A DNA stretch of 64,000 bases. It comes from Eledone cirrhosa. Taxonomy: Eukaryota. Below are positions 54,450 to 64,000 of the stretch, in pieces; the first letter of the stretch is position 1, and each line of letters opens with the position of its first letter. The notes under the pieces are model-generated. The model was given only the letters and a program-made list of their open reading frames with translations, was not told the DNA's origin and ran no database searches. Location: NCBI GenBank assembly GCA_964016885.1, contig OZ024743.1, forward strand, positions 106,888,001 to 106,952,000. Direction: 5' to 3'. The position numbers and the translations under genes were made by a program.

Positions 54450-56400
54450 CATAAGAATAATAGAGTTCGTTTGAGTACTGCGTAGAAGAAATGTCTAATA
54501 TTAGCTTCCAATAATAGATTATTTAATTTTTCTCCATTGTGTTTCTTAACATTGTGTTTCTTATCATTAAGTCCACAATTTGCGTATACTGTTTTTTTTT
54601 TATAAATCGCTGTTTCATTATCTGAAGTTGGATTATGACTACTTCTGGAATTTGCATGCATTTCAATGTATCATCAGCTGAAAGCTAATTACTTTATTAT
54701 CAATGACATTTATCGTTCATATTTTGTCTATTTTGAATTGCTATTTAATATAAATCATTCATTTACTGCACCACTTTAATTCAATATTATAGAATAAATA
54801 ATATTGTTCGTGTACATTCGTTTTTTTTATATTCTGTAACCATTTATTTTTCTATACGCTTTGAAATAATTCAACAAAACTAAAGATAAATACCATATAG
54901 ACGAAGTGTGAATAAGTATTTTAGATACTTTTGATGATGTCTATACTTTTAGTTTATGTTGGGTACAGCATACTTCGACTTCCTTTTAGTTGTAATATGG
55001 TTGATAAATTCTATCATATTTACTTCCAACTTTTGGTTGACTAGAGTGATGATTACGCAGTTATAGACGTTGCAATTGAAAGCTATCTGAGCCATAGTGT
55101 TTCTAGATTCTCATTTTAATTCTAGATTTCATCCTGGGATTTTTCATTCATCAATTATGGTCCACTTGTGTATATTCTCATCTATGCTTGTCAGTAAATG
55201 ATTTTCGTCTAAATTGTTATAAATTTGTTCCTATTAGTCAGTTCGCTGAATATTGTTGGGAATAATCCTTTGCATTTGTTTACCTTTAGTTTTGTTTGTG
55301 CTTCTCCTCAAATTTCTGTAGAAATATATATTTTTTTGTTCACTTATAGAATTTGTAGCGCTATTTACTATTGTTTAATATTTTCGCCAAACTGATATAT
55401 AGAGAATCTATCTTTACTTTATTGTCTAAAGAATTTTCAAATTTGACAAAACTCTGTTTTATATCTGTGTCTCTATGCATTTTGTTCCTTATTTCTGTCC
55501 ATTTACCTCTACATCTAGGTACATTGTATAGTTTCGCATAATGGTCTAGGATTTAATAGGCCCCTGTGCCATATATCTTTTCCCCCGTATTTTAATATAT
55601 AATGCTTCCATTTCGTTCTATAATAGAACTAGTTTTATGAGGATATTTTATTTCTGATATATTTCCCTATAGATATATTTTTCATGAAGCATGTTTTTTA
55701 TTGTATATATTATTTGCCAATCTTTCCTTTGTTTGATCCTTAAGGATTTTGTGAGAATAAACTGCTTCAGATGATTTTTTCATATTTTTACCTTACTTCA
55801 GTTCATTGTATCGTATATATACTTCTTACATTAGAATTTTTATATTTTTACTTGTACTGCATTTGGATTTCTGTTAAATATTAATAAGTTCTTTCTTTGT
55901 CAGAGAATATATTTCCATATATATATATTTGACATATTGGCTATTTCATTTTTTTTTATCTAATATTTATTTTTTCCGGTTTCGTTGTTTGAAAATGAAG
56001 CTAGATCTCGCATATTATCTATCATTTACATAGATTATATCTATTACATCATTTCAGATGTGCATTATTTGTTTTTATTTCTTTAATTACATTTTAAAAC
56101 ATTTTCTCTGCTTTCATTTGTGAGAGCTATTTCGGTATAAGGGAGTTATTTATTTAATCACAGAGCTATATTATTGTACAATTATGTAATTGCGAAGCTA
56201 TATGCCATCTCCCTTTTTTTTTTCTCTTCATATGTAGGAATTATATTATTTATCTTATATGTTGTTGTTTCAAGTGAAATTCATTGCAGAAGTATGTTGA
56301 GAGTTCATTTGGCTTGATGGGAGGTTTATTGGTTTAATGTCTTGCATGCATTCTTATAGATAATACATATCACAGCTGCATTCTTGACTTTACGTTTAAC
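54450..56400 (-). mobile_element. Highly decayed AT-rich L1-like LINE (tentative)
   Basis: Minus strand agctttcagctgatgataca (F-ADDT-like) near 54670 and ttcaaagcgtatagaaaaataaatgg (FKAYRKINW-like) near 54850. No open frame remains. Confidence 0.35.
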
Positions 56401-56876
56401 ATATAGATCTGCTTCTAAGAAATGATTCATTAGGGGTATTTTTATGGTACTGTTCCTAATCAGAAATAAAAATAACCACCTGTTTCCTGACATATAATTC
56501 TATGAAATAAGATTTAAGAGCTTACACCAATCACATTTGCTACAATACTGAAGTAACAACACACGCCATCTCTATTTCTTTTAGGTAAGGAGTGTGTTGG
56601 TAAAGAGAGAGCCATAACAGATTCTGGGATCTTTATCTTCAAAAGAAATTGTAATCGAAGCATAGAAATATCAGAAATACGGAAGAAATGTTACGAAAAA
56701 TGTTGCACGATTCACTTGTGAATGTTTCACAATATTGTAATATGTAACGTTATATAATGATTTGTATTATAGGCGCAAGGCCATCAATATTGGTGGGAAG
56801 CAAGCTGGTTAAAACGACACCAGTGCATTACTGGTGCTGTATTTCATCAACCCACCACCAGTAAGACAGAAAGGCA

Positions 56877-57193
56877 TATATATGTGTGTGTCTCTGTGTG
56901 TGTGCGTGTGCGTGTGTGCCTGTGTGTGGAGATATATATATATATGCACACACATTCACTTTTATACTGTATATATATATGCTAGACGCCTAGACACACG
57001 TACACACACAAACACACACCTATTTATATATATATATATATATGTGTGTGTGTCTATGTGTGTGTGGGGGTGCGCGTGTGCGCGTGTGCCTGTGTGTGTA
57101 AATATATATATATATGCACACACATTCACTTTTATACTGTATATATATATATATGCTAGACGCCTAGACACACGTACACACACAAACACACAC

Positions 57194-57205
<12 letters not shown>
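56877..57205. repeat. 170-bp tandem duplication
   Basis: tatatgcacacacattcacttttatactg...gctagacgcctagacacacg starts at 56941 and 57111. Confidence 0.85.
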
Positions 57206-57265
<60 letters not shown>

Positions 57266-58459
57266 ATGTGTGTGTGTGTGTACGCGTGCGTGTGTAAAGC
57301 GAGATAGAGATAGAGTGATGTGTCAGTGTGTGCATTTATGGTTGTGTATATGTGTGTGGGGGGGGGGAATTGCTGGTCATCACCTGGTACTTAGATAATT
57401 ATAATATTTAGTTTGAATACAAATTGATTTCCATAACTGATGTATATTTCCTTGTACACGTCTTAAGTGACGCACCTAAAAATGAAATTAGTTCGCAGGC
57501 TCATGGGCAAAGATTTTACTCTAAATCGTAAACACATTTATGTGATAATATTGATAATTACAGGTCACTTATCTCCCTCATAACATTACACTATCTCACA
57601 TTTCTTTCTTCTAAATATCTCAAAATTATCAGCTAATTATTTAAATAGAGATTATGAAGACAAAATTTGTTTTCTAGTGTTTTTGTTGTTATTTGCTATT
57701 AAGAAGATATTATCTTTAAGACACAGATGAGTGTCGATTACATTTTAAGATCAACCTACCTCACGTTTTAATACCTAATTGTATTTTTTATTGGCAATTA
57801 CCTTAAATAGCGTCGGACGATTTTGCCATATATTTTCATTTGTTGTTTTTATTTTTAGAAAATGTCTGTCTGTAAATATATCAAATTATCACAAGGTGAT
57901 TCAGGAATTATACTAATACTATGAAGGAAAAGTGACGAAATAAAATGAATATTAACCCTATTCATATGATGTATATGACTTAATAAAATGTGTAAACCGA
58001 GAAACATCCGTATTCAGCTTTCTTATCAATTGAATGTTCTACTCTTTATACCTTTCTGTAGATTTAATCAAAACACTATCCTACTTGATCTTAAGGACAA
58101 AAATACATCAGCCAAGAAAGTTTATTGAATACATATCTACATTACATTGCAAACTGATTAAAATATGTTTGATCTTCAGCTAGTTTAGTTTGAAATACTT
58201 AATGCTTTTAATAGAAAAAACAATTTGAACAGTAATTTCTGGGACGGAGGATTTCAGTTATACGTTTTGCTGTGCAATGTAAGACGTGGTGTTTCAAAGG
58301 GGTCAATAATTCTTTTGACGATTGACTCTGGACGACACGTTATTTGTCCCCTCTCGTCCTCGCTAATAAAATTATCGTTACCTTTCAGAATGTTATCAAA
58401 TACAATTTTCGCAAACCACTTCATATATCAATTCACCAAAGTATAGTTTGTTTTGTTTT

Positions 58460-60300
58460 AACCTGGTCCCAAATCTTATCCACCTTCGTAACCTGGTCCT
58501 AAATCTTATCCACCTGGAAATCTGGTTTGAAACAGACGCCGAATAACTTTAACGGTCCGTCCGTAAATCGCCCGACGGCGCTGTTGAAAGACATGTAGTT
58601 GCCTCTCCAGTTGCTGTGGTGCAATCCACCGACTTTTCCGGGTTTAATTTTGCTCCCGTCAATTTTTCATATTCCTCCAAGTAGGTGCGGACATCCTCAA
58701 TTTCTGAGGTGCTTGACAGCATCACGGTGATGTTGTCCGCATAAGCCGACAGCATCCAGCTATCGATGAACGGCCTATCGAAAACTTCCGATTGACATAA
58801 AATAATCAGATCCCCACCGAAGACAGGTTTACACCTTACTCTCTATATGATATATCAGATGAGGTAGAGGTTGTCATGCGTGGAGATGGTTGGCATTGAG
58901 CATGTTTTTGACTCCTATACCAGATTCTTAACTAGCGCCAACCTCATGCTTAGCAACTTGTCCAAAATCATATACTCGGATGTTATCAAACTTTTAGGCC
59001 TGAAGTTATCTAAAACGTCCATATTTTCTCATCTTTCCTCACCAGCTTTATCACGCCCGGACTGAAAGCACTGAGAATTTCGCAATAGACGCCTTCGAAG
59101 GAATCGTAGAACAAATCTGTCATATTTACGTAAATCTCAGGAAAAACCATCCAAACTGGCGATTTGCGCCTCATATAGTCGATCATCCCGAATTTCAGCT
59201 GATGTCATCGGCGTTTCGCAGCCCTCCACCTCAATCGTCGGTTATCAGGGAAGGCCATCGCGTTAGGAACTGAAGTTCGTTTACCTCTCCGACACTTCCC
59301 TCTTCCCGAACAGTTGTGTAGAGTGCAGGCGAAAATCAACACACATCTGCCTCAAATCGGTCAGTATGCGTTCGTCTCGGTCCGTCAAAATACCGAATTG
59401 TGGTTTTGTTACCATACTGTGCCTCTACAGCGCGGCCTCATGAAACAGCTTTCATGCCCTCGATTCTTAGAGTAAGCGCATTAGCTCTGGTAATGCAGCC
59501 TTCGTGTTTTGCATTAAAGAAATGATCTAATCCAATATTTGCCGCAAGCACGTCGGCTGCGATGCCACCTTTAATTGCGTCCCCTTCTTTTCTTTATTTT
59601 CTACCCCACCGCCTCTTTTCTTTGCTAATTCTTTCCTAAATGCTATTCATTCTACTCTAATCTCTCCTTTGAGAGCACCGCACCATCTGTTGCTAATAAA
59701 TCGCACTGGGAACATTCTCTTAAATAAAGTGCTGACCTGATCTCTAAAAACGTTACTCGCCTGCATATATGTTATATCTAGGCCGATAGTGCAGATCATG
59801 AATTACTGATCTGAAAAGGTGACTATTTGGAATTGTGGAAACAATATGCTATCCCTATCAACTTACCCAATGAGAAACCTAACTAATACGATTTAGATGA
59901 ACCTATGCAATTGGCCCATGTCCACACTGGTGCACTGTGGAAATCTAGTCAATATCTGTCAAATAGTTGGAAATGCCTGATCAGGTTATTGAGAGTTTTG
60001 CAGCGCCGCCTTTGACTGCTACTCCCACATGATCCCAGTGTCAGTCTAAGGTGCCGTTCCAGAAATCCGCAAACGGTGAAATGTGAGACGTTCCCAGAAA
60101 GGCTTCCGGACGCATACAGAAATCCGACCGTCCAGCCCCTGTTGGAATGTCCACGGCCACCAGTCTGAATACATCACCTTCGCCATTGTTCAAGTCAAGT
60201 ATCACCACCTAACCGTCTCAGGAATATAGCCATTACTTCAAGATACAAGCTTTTGTTAAGCAGCATTTTCACTCCAATCTTATGATAGCCATATTGGCTG
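58460..60300 (-). mobile_element. Decayed Tx1-family LINE ORF2 copy
   Basis: LSAYADNITVMLS...EYEKLTGAKLNPEKS. Nucleotide matches to the 45-51 kb element include gccgcaagcacgtcgg and gccttcgtgttttgcattaaagaa. Confidence 0.8.
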
Positions 60301-61384
60301 GTTAGTTAAGAATGAGGTAACTACTTACCCACCACACACTGTTCATCATTTTATATTTACTGGTGCAAAAAATCTCGATGATCTTAGCGAGTGCTATAAG
60401 ACCCATGACTTTTTGTTTATCCTCCTTGCCAGCACGAATTTTATTTTAATTTTTAATTGTTTGCTGTTGAGGCCGTCTCTTCGTGGGTTTTCTTTTTCTT
60501 GTTGTTGATTGTTGTTGAGGCGTGATTTACAATTTTGATGTTATATTCTGCGAATGGCCGGCTCTTCCTTTCGGGCAAATCTACTCTTCTCATCCGATGT
60601 CATGCTTTTTTTTAATTGAGGGACATTGTGATGAACAAACTGCGGTCTAGCACCCAAAGGACTACGAGTAGAACTAAACTAACCAGCTCATGCACATACA
60701 TGTTACTTTGACTACAACACAGTCAGTCACAAAAGCGTACTACGATAGGTTGAATAAAAGTGCAAAACCATAACAAACTTACCGAGCAGCACATATCTGT
60801 GTGTGGGTAAATATATATATATATATATTGTTATACTTGGGGAGGGTCATATTTGTGTAATATTGCCAGAATTATTAACAGAACACACTCACTGTTTGGT
60901 TGGTTTTCGCTTCTGTGTCTTTTATATCGGTAATCTAATTTATTCGGTCCTCAATGTTGCCATTGACTGACCAACGGTCAAAAATAATACAGATACAATA
61001 TAGACACAAACACATATATATAGTTTATCAAAGTTCTTTCGTTGCACATCTGCAACATCGTCAGTGGTGCTATTGTTTCCTCCAGTTGCATTGTATTTTC
61101 TACGCCATCTTTATTTAGTCTGTTTATATATTTATTTATTAGTCTATTTTATTTTGCCTTCTTTGCGCATGCGTTTGCGTGTGTGTATAGTGTTTTGTTT
61201 GATGTGTGTTCGTGATTGGGTGCCTGTGTATTGGTTAATGTATTCTATCTTTACTAGTGTGTGTTTATATGTGTTTGTTGTTATTGTGCTTGTGTATGAA
61301 TTTATTTATTTATTTATCTATTTATTTATTTATACAGAAAATATCCTAAAAATTATTTATACAGAAAATATCCTTAAAAATTAT

Positions 61385-62162
61385 TTATACAGAAAATATC
61401 CTAAAAAATATAGATTCCAAAAATATTCACTGTACTTACTATATGTGCCTTTACCGCGGTTTCAGATCCCAAACAAATAGATAATCCAAGCGGATTTCCA
61501 GGCCTTCTGTCGAGGATCTCTTTCTCAATGGAAAACCGCTTGGATTATCTATTTGTTTGGGATCTGAAACCGCGGTAAGGGCAGATATATTAAGTAAAGT
61601 GAATTTTTTGGAATCTATAATTTTGTATATATTTTTGAGGATATTTTCGGTGTTTAGACTCCCTGATTTTATATGTTCTGGCTTTTTAATTTGTTAACTT
61701 ACCATTGAACCACACTTGCATACGGTCAGCCTATACTTATGTCCCTATGTGTATTAATTACATGTAGGAACATATACCTTTAATATTATTCTCCCCAACG
61801 GTAGAGAAACCTTTGGTCTTTTGAACGGCTGCTATTTTTAGCAGCACGGGATTGACCTGTACACCCTGCTTTCTGTTTTTGCACACGGTACGAGAAAAAA
61901 TTGTCTCATCATTCATTTATTCTCATTCTGAGGCAGTTTTGTATGGCACCAATTTGTAATTTGAAATCGGGTATTTTATATTCTCCGAGAGAGAAAAACC
62001 TTCTGACGAGGATATCTTTCCCAATGTAAATCGACTTGGATTATCTATTTCTTTGGGGTCTGAAACCGCGATAAGGGCGCATATTGTAAATAGAGTGAAT
62101 TTTTTGGAATCTATATTTTTAATATTTTTTTAGTATATTTTCTGTGTTTACACTCCCTGATG
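61385..62162 (+). repeat. ~496-bp period direct repeat with 5' inverted partial copy; two hammerhead motifs
   Basis: 61385-61500 is the reverse complement of about 61529-61650. Motifs are 61503-61581 (cctt-CTGTCGA-ggatctc...gggatct-GAAA-ccgcgg-TA-aggg) and 61999-62077 (cctt-CTGACGA-ggat...gtct-GAAA-ccgcga-TA-aggg). Confidence 0.8.
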
Positions 62163-62519
62163 TATATATATATTATTACAAATATTAGTAAATGAAACAT
62201 ATTCTCATGATCAAAATATATATTTTATTATACATATTTCAAAGGTACAATGGTGTTTAAGTATGTTTTCAACAGATAAAATATATAAGAGATTGGATAT
62301 GCGACATACCGCTACGGTTTTGATAATTCAATTGTAGTGGTAGTGATTTATTTCAGTAACCCTCAACGTTTGTATACCACAAATAATATGATATTAAATA
62401 TTATACCACAAATAATATATTAAATACTCCAGAAAAATTTCTATCCAGCCAGTGCATCTAATCTATTGTAACATTGTATTCGTTGAATAATCAATGAACC
62501 ATATAAACTATAAACTTTG

Positions 62520-62572
<53 letters not shown>

Positions 62573-62575
62573 ACA

Positions 62576-62643
<68 letters not shown>

Positions 62644-62766
62644 GTGAGGTTTTCTTACAAAATGAAAAAAACGAGGTGTCCCACACGAGTGAAAGTATAA
62701 GGAAAAAAGATGGAATCGAAAATGCAACTGAAGTCTTTTTTCATAAAAATATATACTTATTTGGTT

Positions 62767-62803
62767 CCTTTACCGGTTTCGCAGTTCTTCTGCTTTTCAA
62801 AAG
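62767..62803 (-). ncRNA. Minimal hammerhead, U3-A8 variant (second copy of the 10717-10924 element, about 62637-62837)
   Basis: Minus strand reads ctt-TTGAAAA-gcagaagaactgc-GAAA-ccgg-TA-aag. Core and stems II/III are identical to 10748-10785 while the flanks have diverged. Confidence 0.75.
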
Positions 62804-62836
62804 TAGAATTGAAATGGAGGTTTTGCGGTTTTCCTC

Positions 62837-62868
<32 letters not shown>

Positions 62869-63793
62869 ATATATATATATACGAGTGTACAGCGGGGTAC
62901 GAGATATAAGTAGCAGATTAGTAGATTATTCGGTCTTGTCTGTATCAGTTTTTAATTTCTCAATAACTGCGTATTCTTATTCCTCTGCCTATTAATATGA
63001 ACACACAATATGCTGGAATTGCATAATTATAAGTTTCAATATTGCATAATTTTGACTATCATCGAACGGCTGTAATAGATATCAGTAATAATAATGTTTA
63101 ATAGACTTTTGTTACTAATAATTCACAAGCAATCATAGATAAGTTCTGTATTTATTAAAATCCGAGCAGGATGTACCTATAAATGATACGCATGTGTGTT
63201 GCAAGATTAACAAGCGAAGCTAAATTACTAAACAAAATGAAATGAAATAAAATAAAATAAGAATTAGACAAAATAACTAGGAAACAAATAGAACATATAA
63301 TGAATATATTTTATGAAAATAAATTGGAAAAAGATTTGCTGAAATCAAATATATTTTGCTATTAGAAATGATTCATTTTCTAGTAGCATTTTATTATTGC
63401 TTAAAAGACCACAGAATTGATCCCAGTGCATTACGAGTTGTCAACAATCCAATGGGAAAGAGTAAACGATCACTTGACCCATTAGAAATAAGGAAAAGAA
63501 TCGATATTTGAGATTTTCCCTTACGAAGCATAAATACGTTTAAAAGAATGCTTGAAATGTAAATAACACGTAAATCTAAACACTGAACAGCGCCCGTGAA
63601 CGTATACAACTCTTGAGACTGCCGAGTGGGTGGAAGGTAAATATTCTCATGCTGATGACATGGTGTGAATGCTTCTAAAAAACAGTTTCCCTACAAGCTG
63701 AAGACCAATTTCATACATATTCTGTAAATTAACAATTGTTTCAAATAATGATTGTGCGTACAATAGGGTTATCGGTAATGTGTTTAAGACTTA

Positions 63794-63854
<61 letters not shown>

Positions 63855-64000
63855 TAGCGGCGATGAATTAGTTTTGCGAGGTTTTTTATATGAAATCGTG
63901 TGTCGAAACAGATATTGTTATATTTGGGGAGGGTCATATTTGCGTAATATTGCCAGAATTAATAACAGAACACACTCACTGTTTGGTTGGTTTTCGCTTC

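Noticed and set aside
63400-63790. Possible host exon, or decayed Penelope EN tail with hammerhead (CTGATGA at 63652; AACAATTGTT)
   Set aside because: Stops occur in the candidate plus-strand frames and the hammerhead stems could not be paired. Left uncalled.

Overview
This is an AT-rich eukaryotic window with no recognisable host exon. It is saturated with (TA)n/(CA)n/(GA)n microsatellites and tRNA-derived SINEs; the repeat landscape resembles an octopus/cephalopod genome (inference). Nearly all listed ORFs are microsatellite translations. Real coding remnants are all retrotransposon: one near full-length Tx1/L1-clade LINE (about 45.0-51.0 kb, minus strand, disrupted) sitting in an (AAT)n tract, two decayed relatives of it, RTE, CR1-like, R4/Dong, HERO/NeSL-like and CRE-like fragments, and Penelope GIY-YIG endonuclease fragments. 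The main hidden signal is RNA-level. By eye I find about 25 type I hammerhead ribozyme motifs from roughly a dozen distinct short repeat families. Most sit in 0.2-0.7 kb non-coding units arranged as head-to-tail tandems and/or with a partial inverted copy, and most are bounded by (TA)n. This is the architecture of Penelope pseudo-LTRs or non-autonomous retrozyme-like elements. Several families carry recurrent non-canonical cores (U3-A8 covariant TTGANAA, CCGANGA, CAGAAGA) or large loop-II insertions. All folds were paired manually and none is tested.
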